Part shown: positions 12,224 to 23,047 of the stretch, one piece after another
How positions within the stretch are numbered: the first letter of the stretch is position 1
How the letters are laid out: each line of letters starts with the position of its first letter
From: an uncultured Alphaproteobacteria bacterium
Lineage (GTDB): Bacteria; Pseudomonadota; Alphaproteobacteria; Rhizobiales; Rhodomicrobiaceae
Direction of reading: 5' to 3'
Assembly: GCA_963731855.1 (NCBI GenBank)
Contig: CAVSXH010000002.1
Location: 2,747-66,746, forward strand
DNA: 64,000 nucleotides
The notes under the pieces: model-generated
The model's input: the letters and a program-made list of their open reading frames with translations, nothing else
Database searches by the model: none
Told to the model about the DNA's origin: nothing
Translations under genes and position numbers: made by a program

Positions 12224-13222
12224 TCAATGACCGTAGCCACCGATGATTGGGAGAATCTCGCCGGTGATATAGCTGGAACAGCTCGGCGCGGCGAGGAATA
12301 CATAGGCCGGGGCTATTTCCTCCGGCTGCGCTGCTCGCTTCATCGGCGTGTCGGAGCCGAAAGTCTTGACCTTTTCGGCGGGCCTGTCCGCTGGATTGAG
12401 CGGCGTCCAGACCGGTCCCGGGGCGACAGCGTTGACCCGGATGCCCTTCGGAATAAGGCTGCTTGCAAGCGACCGGGTAAAGGCGTGGATGCCGCCCTTG
12501 GTCATCGAATAGTCGAGCAGTTCCTTGCTCCCCATGATGCCCGTTACCGATCCGGTCATAAGGATGGATCCGCCCGGCATCAGATGCGGAATGGCGGCTT
12601 TCGCCATGTTGAAATAGCCGTACAGGTTGGTTTTGAGCGTAAGGTCGAAATGCTCCTCGGTCAGGTCGAGTATGTCGCTTGTGTGTTCCTGAAACGCGGC
12701 GTTGTTCACCAATATATCCAGCCTGCCGAATGCGCTGACGGTTTTCTCGACCGCCGCGCGGCAGAATTCAGCATCCGTAACGTCGCCTGGCGAGCAGAAT
12801 GCAGCGGCGGCCTTCCTTTTCCACCCTGCGTTTTGTCATCTCGGCGTCTTCATCTTCGTTCAAATAGCCCACAGCGACGTCGGCGCCCTCCCTGGCGAAC
12901 AGCACCGCGACGGCGCGCCCGATGCCGGAGTCTCCGCCGGTGACGATCGCCGCCATGCCTTTCAGCTTCTCGGACCCCTTATATTCGGGCGCCTCATACA
13001 TCGGCGCGGGCTTCAGGTCGGCCTCGATGCCTGGTTTTTCCAAATGCTGTTCGCTGAAAGTTGGCGGGATATTCCCGTTGGCCGGCCTGCATCGGCTTGG
13101 CGGCCTCTTCCTTGGGCTGTTTCTGATCCTTCTTGTCGATCTCTGCCTGGACCCGGCGCTGCTCCGCCACCACTGCTTCGATACTCTTTGAGCCGAGAGT
13201 CCGCCGGTTCTTCGTCTGTCAT
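12224..13222 (-). CDS. SDR family oxidoreductase (general-stress YghA/YdaD type), frameshifted
   Basis: TGGDSGIGRA, NNAA, YSMTK, VNAVAPGPVWTPL; N-terminal KPGIEADLKPAPMYE extension. Confidence 0.88.
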
Positions 13223-13273
13223 GGTGATATCTCCGGGGAAAACGACACTGCCAGCTGGCGCGTTCGGCTGCAA

Positions 13274-13299
13274 AACCTGCGTCTTTGCTGCTCGGTTCC
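13274..13299 (-). promoter_or_regulatory. EcfG/SigT/RpoE2-type general stress promoter
   Basis: GGAAC-N18-GTT on the minus strand about 50 bp upstream of the SDR start. Confidence 0.55.
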
Positions 13300-13446
13300 G
13301 CCTTTATGCGCAATTTCCGCCGGTACTCCCCGTGCGATGAACGTCAGGGGACAAGCTGTTGAAGCTCCCGCAACATAGACTAAGGGATAAAACTCTCGCC
13401 ATTCAGCGACATTGCGGCGTTGCGGTGCGTATGTCATCATTCGGAG

Positions 13447-13929
13447 ATGAAAGAGGATGGTTCCGCAGCGCACAAAAGCATCCTGTTCGTCTGTCTCGGT
13501 AACATTTGCCGGTCGCCGATCGCCGAAGGCATGTTTCGCCATATCGCGGCGCAGCGAAATCTGCTCGACCAGTTCACCATCGATTTCGCCGGGCTCGGGA
13601 GCTGGCATATCGGTCATCCGCCCGATGAACGCGCCCAGATGGCGATGCGTCAGCGCGGCATCGATATTAGCGCCTTGCGCGGGCGCCGCATCACGCCAGC
13701 CGATTTCGAGACGTTCGACCTCATTCTGGCCATGGACCGTGCCAATCGAGACGCCCTGCTTAAGTTCGCTCCGAAGGAGGGCCGCGACAAAGTCCGGCTG
13801 CTTGATGGATTACGCACCCGAATCTGTGCGTGCACGAAATTCCCGATCCGTTCTTCGGCAAGAATAACGGGTTCGATTATGTATGCGAGCTTGTGGATGC
13901 GGCCTGCCGCGGGCTGCTGGTCAGCCTGA
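13447..13929 (+). CDS. Low molecular weight protein-tyrosine phosphatase (3' end frameshifted)
   Basis: FVCLGNICRSP P-loop; IPDPFFG in a shifted frame. Confidence 0.88.
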   Translation: MKEDGSAAHKSILFVCLGNICRSPIAEGMFRHIAAQRNLLDQFTIDFAGLGSWHIGHPPDERAQMAMRQRGIDISALRGRRITPADFETFDLILAMDRANRDALLKFAPKEGRDKVRLLDGLRTRICACTKFPIRSSARITGSIMYASLWMRPAAGCWSA

Positions 13930-13951
13930 CGGCCAGGCGCTCGCTGCCGCT

Positions 13952-14515
13952 TCAGGCGACATCCGCGGCAAGACCGCTGGCATCGTTGAAGGGATAGACG
14001 GCCTCAACGACGTAGGGGCCGCCGCCCTGGTTGGACCGCGAGGAAAACAGCACGAAGCGTTCCGGCGTGAAGGGTTCCGCCATGAACCCGCCGAAATAAG
14101 ACAAATATTCCGCCAGAGCCTGCGGGCGCGTTTCGCGCAGCCTCGCCAGCGTCACATGCGGTGCGAAATTGCGCGGCTCAGCCGGCAGCCCGGCGAGGCG
14201 GGCGGCGCGCTCATGCGCCTTTTGCAAGCGTAGCAAAGGTTCCGACGGTTTCAGACCAGCCCAGAGCGCGCGCGGCTTGTTGCCCCCGAAACTCCCCAGC
14301 CCGGTGAAGCAGAGCTGAAAACTGTCGAAATTGACTTCCGAAAGCGCCCCGGCGAAGTTGCGCGCCGTGACGTCGTCGATGTCGCCGGCAAAACGCAAGG
14401 TGATGTGGTAACGATCCGGGTCGATCCAGCGCGCTCCTGGGAGCTTTCCCCGCAGCAGGGCCAAACGGTCGATGATGTGATCGGGGATTTCGAGGCCAGT
14501 AAACAGTCTTGGCAT
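13952..14515 (-). CDS. thpR: RNA 2',3'-cyclic phosphodiesterase
   Basis: MPRLF, HITLRF and PHVTLAR 2H motifs; GGAGG RBS. Confidence 0.92.
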   Translation of the reverse strand: MPRLFTGLEIPDHIIDRLALLRGKLPGARWIDPDRYHITLRFAGDIDDVTARNFAGALSEVNFDSFQLCFTGLGSFGGNKPRALWAGLKPSEPLLRLQKAHERAARLAGLPAEPRNFAPHVTLARLRETRPQALAEYLSYFGGFMAEPFTPERFVLFSSRSNQGGGPYVVEAVYPFNDASGLAADVA

Positions 14516-14533
14516 CTGCGCGCCTCCATGATG

Positions 14534-14640
14534 CTAGAGCATCGTGCGCAAAACTGAGAACCGGTTTTGCGCATAGACGATGCAACAAACAAAGACCTGG
14601 AGCGGTGTATGTGCTTCTATTCAAGCGCATTCCGCTCTAG
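14534..14640 (+). repeat. CTAG-bounded intergenic palindromic repeat (RIME/MITE-like), copy 1
   Basis: CTAGAGCATC...hairpin...CAAACAAAGA...hairpin...GCTCTAG; related copies at 30042 and 49534. Confidence 0.75.
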
Positions 14641-14647
14641 AGCGGCA

Positions 14648-15685
14648 TTAAGGACAAGGATAGGTGTAAATTCTATTGGTTGCGTCGATTTCTTTAAGCA
14701 CCTCCTCACCTAACGTAACATGAACGCTGGAAATGTCTGTTTTTAACTGATCCATCGTAGTTGCCCCGATGATCGTGGAAGTCACGAACGGTCGCCTGGT
14801 CACAAACTGCAGCGCCATCTGCGCCGGATCGAGCCCGTGGTCACGCGCCAGCTTGACATAGGCGGCAGTGGCAGGCGCTGCATTCGGAGTTTCGTAGCGC
14901 TGCAAACGGTCGAAAAGCTGCTTGCGCGAGCCTTCCGGCAATGCGCCATTCTCATATTTACCGGTGAGATAGCCTTGCGCGAGCGGCGAATAGGCGAGCA
15001 GCCCCACGCTCTCCCGATGGGCGATCTCAGACAAGCCATGTTCGAAGTTGCGGCTGAGCAGATTGTAGACATTCTGAATGGAAACGATGCGCGGCAGTCC
15101 CTGCGTTTCGGCGGCCTGCAAATATGTCATCGTGCCCCAGGCCGTTTCGTTGGAAATGCCCAGATGGCGGATCTTGCCCTGCTCGACAAGCTCACCTAGC
15201 GCCGCGAGGGTTTCCTCGATCGGAATGCCGGCATCGGGATGATGGCGGTAATTCAGCCCGCCGAACACCTGGATCTGGCGATCGGGCCAATGGAGCTGGT
15301 AAAGGTCGATGTAATCGGTGCGCAGGCGCCTCAGGCTGCCCTCGACGGCGTGGACGATATGCTCCCGGTGCAGGCGGCTGATCTCGCTGCCGCGGAAATA
15401 TGTCGACTGGCTGCGTCCGACCATTTTAGTCGCCAGCACGATCTTGTCGCGAGCCTTTCGGGCGGCGAACCAGCTGCCGATGATCTCCTCAGTCCGCCCT
15501 TGCGTCTCCTCTTTCGGCGGAATCGGATAGAGTTCGGCGGTATCGAAAAAGTTGATCCCTTCGCCGACGGCGTGGTCCATTTGCTCGTGGCCGTCGGCCT
15601 CGGTGTTCTGCTGGCCCCAGGTCATAGTGCCTAGGCACAGGGCGCTGACCTTCAGGTCCGTGCGCCCCAGCTTGCGATACTCCAT
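14648..15685 (-). CDS. NADP(H)-dependent aldo/keto reductase (Tas-like)
   Basis: LCLGTMTWG, DTAELY, DLYQLHWP, GISNET, SIQNVY. Confidence 0.92.
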   Translation of the reverse strand: MEYRKLGRTDLKVSALCLGTMTWGQQNTEADGHEQMDHAVGEGINFFDTAELYPIPPKEETQGRTEEIIGSWFAARKARDKIVLATKMVGRSQSTYFRGSEISRLHREHIVHAVEGSLRRLRTDYIDLYQLHWPDRQIQVFGGLNYRHHPDAGIPIEETLAALGELVEQGKIRHLGISNETAWGTMTYLQAAETQGLPRIVSIQNVYNLLSRNFEHGLSEIAHRESVGLLAYSPLAQGYLTGKYENGALPEGSRKQLFDRLQRYETPNAAPATAAYVKLARDHGLDPAQMALQFVTRRPFVTSTIIGATTMDQLKTDISSVHVTLGEEVLKEIDATNRIYTYPCP

Positions 15686-15760
15686 TGATCCCTCATGCCC
15701 GCCCGGCCGTGTTTTTACTTACAAGAAAGATAAACGGTGGAAAAGCGTTTGGCGAGCGGC

Positions 15761-16441
15761 TTAGACCCGGCCCTTGCGCGTCTTCACCCGCTCGATCAGC
15801 GCTTCCACCTCCGGCAGAATCGCCTGGACGATTTTCTGAACGCCCTGGGTGGTGGGATGCAGCCCGTCGCCCAGATTGAGGCTCTGGTCGAGCGCCACGC
15901 CGGCAAGGAAAAAGGGGTAGAGCTGAGCGTTGTGGGTCTGCGCCAGCGACTGGTACATGGCGGTGAAGCGTTGGGCGTAATCCTCGCCCCAATTGCGCGG
16001 CGCCTCCATCCCGGCAATCAGCACGTCCATCTGCCGCTCCTTCATCCGGGAGAGGATTTCGCCCAGCGCTTTTTCGGTTTCCCGGACTTGAATGCCCCGC
16101 AGCGCGTCATTCGCCCCAAGCTCGACGATCGCCGCGTCCGCCTGTTCGGGCATTGACCAGTCGAAGCGGGCGAGCGCATCGGCGGCGGTGTCGCCGGACA
16201 CTCCGGCGTTGACGACGCGGACATTCAGGCCCTTGCCGCGCAAGGCTTTTTCAAGCTGGACGGGGAACGCGGCATCGGGCGGCAGCTGATAGCCGGCAGT
16301 CAGGCTGTCACCATAGGCGACGATGACAATTTCTTTCTCCGGGGATGCCGCGCGCGCGGTTTGCGGTAAGGTGAGCCCGGCAAGAATGATCCCGAGGGTC
16401 GTAAAAAGCATGAAGGAGTTCCATATGACTTTGTCGGCCAT
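15761..16441 (-). CDS. Arylesterase, SGNH/GDSL (TesA-like)
   Basis: GDSLTAG, NAGVSG, LGAND, DGLHP; divergent from the ABC pair as in tesA-ybbAP loci. Confidence 0.9.
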   Translation of the reverse strand: MADKVIWNSFMLFTTLGIILAGLTLPQTARAASPEKEIVIVAYGDSLTAGYQLPPDAAFPVQLEKALRGKGLNVRVVNAGVSGDTAADALARFDWSMPEQADAAIVELGANDALRGIQVRETEKALGEILSRMKERQMDVLIAGMEAPRNWGEDYAQRFTAMYQSLAQTHNAQLYPFFLAGVALDQSLNLGDGLHPTTQGVQKIVQAILPEVEALIERVKTRKGRV

Positions 16442-16494
16442 GCGCCAGCCTTTCATTGTTCCGGCCGTATAGGGATGGCGTTGCCGTCCTCGCC

Positions 16495-17211
16495 ATGGGA
16501 GCCCCGTTGACCGTGCCTGAAACCATTATCGATCTCAAAGATGTTCACCTTACGCTTCATAGCCGCGCCGGTTCCGTCGAAATATTACGGGGGGTCGACC
16601 TTGCCGTGCGCGCCGGAGAGACCGTCGGAGTCGTGGGCCCAAGCGGGTCCGGCAAATCGACGCTCCTCATGATCATGACGGGCCTCGAAAAAGCCTCCCG
16701 CGGAACCGTCAGGATCGCGGGTCACGATTTCATGGCCCTCGGCGAAGACGGCCTTGCCCGCGCCCGCGGGGAGCATATTGGCATCGTGTTCCAATCTTTC
16801 CACCTCGTGCCGACCATGACGGCGCTGGAGAATGTCGCCCTGCCGCTCGAATTCCTCGGCCGGCGCGACGCAGCAAGCCGCGCCGCCGAGACGCTGCAAT
16901 CGGTTGGCCTCGGCCACCGGCTCACCCATTTCCCGGCGCAGCTTTCCGGCGGCGAGCAGCAGCGCGTCGCTATTGCCAGGGCGCTGGCGCCCAGCCCGAA
17001 AATTCTGTTCGCCGACGAGCCGACCGGCAATCTCGACGCGCGCAACGGCGATCAGATCATGGATCTGCTGTTCACCCTGCATAAGCGCCACGGCACGACG
17101 CTGATGCTTATCACCCACGATCAGCGGTTGGCGGCGCGCTGCGGGCGCGTCATCAGCATGGAGGACGGCCGCATCGTGCGCTCGCCCAGCGATCTTGAGA
17201 GCGTGGCATGA
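16495..17211 (+). CDS. ABC transporter ATP-binding protein (YbbA-like)
   Basis: [25 protein letters not shown]. Confidence 0.93.
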   Translation: MGAPLTVPETIIDLKDVHLTLHSRAGSVEILRGVDLAVRAGETVGVVGPSGSGKSTLLMIMTGLEKASRGTVRIAGHDFMALGEDGLARARGEHIGIVFQSFHLVPTMTALENVALPLEFLGRRDAASRAAETLQSVGLGHRLTHFPAQLSGGEQQRVAIARALAPSPKILFADEPTGNLDARNGDQIMDLLFTLHKRHGTTLMLITHDQRLAARCGRVISMEDGRIVRSPSDLESVA

Positions 17212-19764
17212 CGGCGGTTACTGCGGAAACCCGGCCGGGCGGTGCCGAATTCGCGCTGCCGCTCAGCCTGAAACTGGCGCTCAGGGAGCTGCGCGGCGGC
17301 ATTGCCGGCTTCTACATTTTCGTCGCCTGCATCGCGCTTGGGCGCGACGGCGCTTGCCGCTGTCGGTACGCTGTCGGCAGCGATCCAGTACGCCATTTCC
17401 CGAGAGGGCAGGGTGCTGCTCGGCGGCGACATGGAAGCCTCATTGGTGCACCGGCAGGCGACCCCCGAGGAGCGCGGTTTCCTCGAAGTCGCGCGGCACG
17501 GTCAGCGAGGCGGCGACGCTGCGCTCCATGGCGCGCCTGACGGATGGTTCGGGGCAATCCCTCGTCCAGGTCAAGGCGGTGGACGGCGCTTACCCGCTTT
17601 ACGGCGCCGCGATTTTCGAGGACGGCAAAACGCTGGCCGATATCAGGCGGCCGGACGCGGTCGCCGTCGAGCGCGGGCTGTTGGAACAGCTCCGGCTGCA
17701 AGATCGGCGACCGCTTCCAGCTCGGCAATGCGACCGTGGAAATTGTCGCTGTGCTGCTCAAGGAGCCCGACCGGCTGTCGGCCGGGCCGACGCTCGGCCC
17801 CAGGGTGTTCACCACGCTCGAGACATTGGCGAAAACCGGGCTTTCCCAGCCTGGCAGCCTGATCGATTGGCGCTACCGGGTGAAACGGTCCGGCCCGCTG
17901 CCGCTCGACAAGGACGTCATCGCCAAGGAATTGCCGCGCTCGGGCTTCCAGATCCGGGACCATACCGACCCTTCGCCCGGCGTCCGGCAATCCATCGACC
18001 GCTTGCGGGACTTTCTGACGCTTGTCGGCCTGACCTCGCTGCTGACGGGCGGCATCGGCGTCGCCAATTCGGTCAGCGCGTTCATCGAACGCAAGCGCAA
18101 GGTGATCGCCGCCTATAAGGCGCTGGGTGCGCCGGGCGGCTTGATCATCCGCAGTTTTCTCATCCAGGTGATGATCGTGGCCGTGCTCGGCATCGCCATC
18201 GGCCTGCTGCTCGGAACGGCGCTGCCCTTTCGTGATCACCAGCATTTACGGCGCGATCCTGCCCGTCAAGCTGGAGACGGGGTTTTACCTCGCGCCGCTG
18301 CTGCTGGCATCCGGCTACGGGCTGCTCATCGCGCTGATCTTCATCCTTTGGCCGCTTGGCCGGGCGCGCCAGATCCGCGCCGCCGAATTGCTGCGCGAGG
18401 AGGTGAGCGGGTCGCGGGGCTGGCCACCGCTTGGCTTCGCCGCAGCGTCCGCGCTCTGCGCCGCCCTGCTCGTCGCCATGGCGATTTTCCTGTCGGAGGA
18501 GCCTTATATCGCGTCCATGGCGCTGGGCGCAGTCGCCGCGACATTCGCCCTGTTCTCCGCTCTCGGCTATGGCTTCCGTGCCCTGGCCCGCGTCCTGCCG
18601 CGCCCGAGGCGGCCCGAACTGGCGCTCGCCCTCGCCAATATCGCGGGGCCGGGTGGGTTGACCCAGACCGTCACCGTGTCGCTCGGCGCGGGGCTGACCT
18701 TGCTCACCGCCATCGCGCTGACCGACGCCTCGATGACCGCCGAGCTGCGAACGCAATTGCCCGAGCGCGCGCCCAGCCATTTCTTTCTCGGCGTCAACAA
18801 GACGGAATTTCCCCGATTTGAGGCCCTGATCGCCGCGAAGGCGCCCGGCTCCGAGCTCGACAGCGCGCCGATGCTGCGCGGCAAGATCGTGGCGCTCGGC
18901 GACAGGCAGGCCGCCGACATCAAGGCGCCGCCGGAAGCGCAATGGGTGCTGAACGGCGACCGGGGGCTGACCTTTGCTGAGGAAGCGCCGGAAGAGTCCG
19001 AAATCGTCGAAGGCGCCTGGTGGCCCGAAAACTATCGCGGCGAGCCGCTGGTCTCGTTCGAGGTAGAGCTGGGCCGCGCTCTAGGCCTGAAGATCGGCGA
19101 CAAGATCACCTTCAACGTGCTGGGCCGCAATGTGACGGCGAAACTGGCCAATTTCCGCACGGTCGAATGGGATTCGCTGAACATCAATTTCGTCATGATC
19201 TTCTCGCCGAACACGCTGGAGGCCGCGCCCTACAACATATTGGCGACGCTGAGCTGGCCGAACTCCGATCCGGCGGGCGAGGCTGAAGTCGTGCGCGCCG
19301 TCGCGGCGGAGTTTCCCACGGTCACCTCGGTTCGGGTCCGGGACGCGTTGGAAACGGTTAACAATCTGCTGAATCAGGTGTTTACCGCGATCCGCGTCGC
19401 GGGCAGCCTGACACTGGTGTCCGGCGTGCTGGTTCTCGCCGGGGCGCTGAGCACCGTGCGCGCCCGGCGCATCTACGAGGCCGTGATCCTGAAGACGCTC
19501 GGCGCGACGCGCTTGCGCATCCTGATGGCGCATCTGGCCGAACATCTCATTCTGGGGCTGGCGACGGCGATCGTGGCGGCCGGAGCCGGAACAGTGGTCG
19601 CTTATGTCCTGCTGACATACATCATGGATATTTCGTTCACCGCCTCGCCCGGTGCCCTATTGCAGGCGGCATTCTTTGCGACCATATTCATGGTGGCTTT
19701 CGGGCTCTTGGGCACATTACGCGTGCTGGGCGCAAAAGCGGCACCGTATCTGCGTGCTGAATAG
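17208..19764 (+). CDS. FtsX-like ABC permease (YbbP-like), frameshifted
   Basis: ALRELRGG, KAVDGAYPLYG, GDRGLT, EAVILKTLGA; ATGA overlap with the ATPase gene. Confidence 0.88.
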
Positions 19765-19909
19765 TGGATGGGCGGATCTTTCCCTGTTGGATCGTATAAC
19801 GTGCTAAGTTTGTTCTGGTATTCTCTAGTGCGTACCGGTGCGATCCAGGGTAAACATCCACGGGTAGGTTTCACTCTTCCCAACTGAAAGGGTTTCGAAG
19901 GGGCTTGAT

Positions 19910-20682
19910 ATGGCGGAATTGAACAGACAAACAATGACCGGCGCGCGCACCGGCACAGTCGCGATGGACGAAGGTCTGCGCGCTTACATGCTGCGCGTAT
20001 ACAACTATATGGCGGCCGGTCTTGCGATAACGGGCTCGTTGCTTACGCCGTGTACGCGCTCGCCGTAACGAAGGATCCTGCTGCCGCGGTTGCGACTGTA
20101 GGGACCGGCGGCATCATGCTGACCGAGTTCGGCCGTTTGGTTTTTGTCAGCCCGCTGAAGTGGGTTCTTCTGCTGGCGCCGCTCGGCCTGGTGTTCTTCA
20201 TGTCCGCGCGCATTCATAAGATGAGCGTGCAGGGCGGACAGCTCACCTTCTGGATCTATGCGGCATTGGTCGGCGCCTCGATCGCGTCGATCTTCCTTGT
20301 CTATGCCCATGGTTCGATCGCGCGCGTGTTCTTCATCACCGCAGCGACGTTCGGCGGCTTGAGCCTCTACGGCTACACGACGCAGAAGGATCTGTCGGGC
20401 TGGGGTTCGTTCCTGATCATGGGCCTGATCGGCATCATCATCGCCTCGGTGGTGAACATCTTCATCGCCTCCTCGGCGCTGCAGTTCGCCATGTCGGTGA
20501 TCGGCGTGCTGGTGTTCGCTGGCCTGACCGCCTACGACACGCAGCAGATCAAGGAAGAGTACTATGCCGGCGACACCCAGCTCGTGGCCGGACAGAAGGC
20601 CATTATGGGCGCGTTGCGGCTCTATCTGGACTTCCTGAACATGTTCCTGATGCTGTTGTCGCTGTTCGGCAATCGCGAATAG
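19910..20682 (+). CDS. Bax inhibitor-1/YccA family membrane protein (one frameshift near 20035)
   Basis: DEGLRAYMLRVYNYM; GYTTQKDLS; AYDTQQIK; GALRLYLDF. Confidence 0.92.
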
Positions 20683-20701
20683 CTCAGATCCCAAACACAC
20701 T

Positions 20702-20731
20702 GGAAAGGCCCCGCTTACGGGGCCTTTTTTC
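20702..20731 (+). terminator. Rho-independent terminator
   Basis: AAAGGCCCCG-CTTA-CGGGGCCTTT then T-run. Confidence 0.85.
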
Positions 20732-20865
20732 ATGGGCAGGGTTGGCGGGAGCCGCCCATCAGGACGCTTGGCCGAAGTGTATTCGTCGAAGTGTATTCGG
20801 TGAACTTTATCACGCGCACCCCGTCGGCGCGACACCGACGCCCCTGAGCCGAACGCCTGCAAATA

Positions 20866-21258
20866 TCAGGCCTTCACGAGTTCCAGCCGGCTTCGATCGA
20901 ACACGCGCAGCACGCGGCAGAGTTCGTGTCCGCGTTTAAGAATCAGCCCGGTGGCGGCGATCACGCTGAACGCGCCCTGGCGCCGTGCCAGCCTCGGAGT
21001 CTTCTCGATCCGGTAGAGCGGGGCCTCCGCCGCCCGGCGGAAGATCGAGAACACCGCCCGGTCACGCAGCATGTCGATGGCATAGTCGCGCCATTCGCCC
21101 TCGCGCGACGCGGCAGCCGTAAATAGAGAGGATCTGATCCAGCTCGCCGCGATTGAAACTGATGATCTGAGGACGCCCTAAAGCGGCTCCTGCGAAAGCC
21201 CGGCTGGGTAAAGATCTCGCCAGCGGGGCGGAAAACTATCGGGGTCTGTTTCGCTCAT
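20866..21258 (-). CDS. DUF2794 domain protein, frameshifted
   Basis: FNRGELDQILS, GEWRDYAID, AVFSIFRRAAEAPLYRIEK, ILKRGHEL. Confidence 0.85.
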
Positions 21259-21492
21259 CGCGCTCCCGTCTCGTAAAGCCATATCATTGCGGGGGGAAGC
21301 CGAAAGATCAAGCCCCACGCAGCACCTGGGTACAAGAGAAACCGCTTACTGTGCCGCGCTTTGCAGGCCCCGCCACACAGTTGGCATGGCTTCGCACTGC
21401 AACATGCCAGCTTTGAAACAAATCGCAACAAGGATCACGAAAGTGCCCCAGTTTGCCCTTTGCCCTGCCTTATTGCTCAGTAAAATGGAGAT

Positions 21493-21635
21493 CGTTGTCT
21501 CTTGTCCCGGTTTTCTTGAGGCTTGTTGAGCCCCGCCCCCCGGGACTTCCTCTGGCTGGGGCTTGGAGACAACGGGTGTTCCCCAAAAGTGTGATCCTTC
21601 GGCGAGCCCTTAAAGAGAGCTCGCCGCTTTTCTTT
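21493..21635 (+). ncRNA. Candidate trans-acting small RNA
   Basis: TAAAAT -10 box at 21481; long 5' hairpin (CGTTGTCTC/GAGACAACG, AGCCCC/GGGGCT); unpaired GTTCCCC; terminator CGGCGAGC/GCTCGCCG plus TTTTCTTT. Confidence 0.6.
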
Positions 21636-21693
21636 GGAGCATGGTCCGCAAAGTGACGGTTTTGCGAGAGACCATGCTCAGGCAAAGATAGCG

Positions 21694-21993
21694 TCAGCCT
21701 TCCGCCACGGTCATCACGGTGCGCACGCCGATGACAGTGCGGCACCGCGCCGCCAGCTGTTCGCCGGTATCGGCCGGCAGCCGGGCGAAGCGCAATTCCA
21801 GCGACATTTCCTCCCCCGTTCCTTGCTCCGTCGAGGAATGCACCCGGTAGGGCACGAGCCCGAGCTTGGCGAATGGCAGGAGCACGCGGGGCAACAGATC
21901 GGCCCCGGCTTCGCCGGTGAGGAAGAAATAGGTTTTGGCGGGAACACAGGCAGGCGCGGCATCAGGCGCCGAATAAGCAGACATTGGAATCAT
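21694..21993 (-). CDS. Small hypothetical protein with ACT-like fold
   Basis: LLPRVLLPFAKLGLVP...CRTVIGVRTV pattern; AAGGA RBS. Confidence 0.65.
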   Translation of the reverse strand: MIPMSAYSAPDAAPACVPAKTYFFLTGEAGADLLPRVLLPFAKLGLVPYRVHSSTEQGTGEEMSLELRFARLPADTGEQLAARCRTVIGVRTVMTVAEG

Positions 21994-22249
21994 CCTTCGC
22001 GAGATCGAAATCGAATGGGAAAGCGGTATTCCCGGCGCCCTCAGGCAGCCGGGCCGTTAATTCGACGCCACCGATCATGCAAGGCCATTGAACTCATGCG
22101 GGCAAAATACTCCGGTCCGGCCCGATCAGTGGCAAGGCATCGCTGAGACGGTACCTCGGAACCGGCGTCCTGAAGGCACCACCACACGCGGGAACATTCA
22201 GCGATTTCCGCCAGTTGTCTCATGGACGGAGCGTTGGGAGGCTATAGCC

Positions 22250-23047
22250 ATGACAGACATGTCTGAACTCGCTCGATGATCGGCGAAAGCGGCCGGGCTC
22301 GCCTATGGCTGGCTGGCGTTCGTGATGACGTTCGCCTTCTTCGCCCATCTTGTCATTTTTCTCGGCAATATGCCGAGCCTGTCGGAGCCCATGGGTCAAT
22401 CCCTCGGTCGATGTCGGCGCGGCAGCGCGCGCCTTTCCTCGCCGCTCTCATCGATCTCGGGCTCGTCGCGCTGTTCGGCCTGCAGCATTCGGCGATGGCG
22501 CGGCCCAGCTTCAAGGCGTGGTGGACGCGGATCGTGCCGCAAGGGCTGGAGCGCTCGACCTATGTGATGGCGGCCGAGCCTGGTCGGCTTTATCATGCTT
22601 GATATTCTGGCAGCCGATCCCGCTTGGTGATCTGGGACGTTTCCGGCCTCGGCGAAACTGTGATGTGGATGCTGTTCGCGATCGGATGGGCGCTGCTGCT
22701 GGCCTCCGGGATCAGCTTCAACCTATTGGATCTGCTCGGCATACGGCAGGCTCGTGCCTGGTATCGGGGCCGCCCCGACGCCGCCGCTCACGCTCAAGAC
22801 CAACTGGCTCTACGATTGGATGAAGCATCCCATGTATGCCGGCGTGCTGCTCGGCCTGTGGATGACGCCGCATATGACGGTCGGCCATGCGCTGATGGCG
22901 GGCGGCTTCACGCTCTATATTCTGATCGCCATGCGTTTTGAGGAGCGCGACCTCAGCCGGAACTTCGGCGACGCCTATCAGGCTTGGCGGTCGGGATGCC
23001 CACATGCTCAGCTTCGCTCCGGAACGGACGCGAAAGCAGTGCGGTAA
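22250..23047 (+). CDS. mddA: Methanethiol S-methyltransferase MddA-like membrane methyltransferase, frameshifted
   Basis: LFGLQHSAMARPSFKAWWTRIVPQGLERSTYV; FWQP; HPMYAG; TPHMTVGH; FEERDL; GGGAGG RBS. Confidence 0.7.

Noticed and set aside
21380-21411. Sigma-54 promoter in the TGGCATG inverted repeat
   Set aside because: GG-to-GC spacing is off by one on both strands; only a simple inverted repeat is supported.
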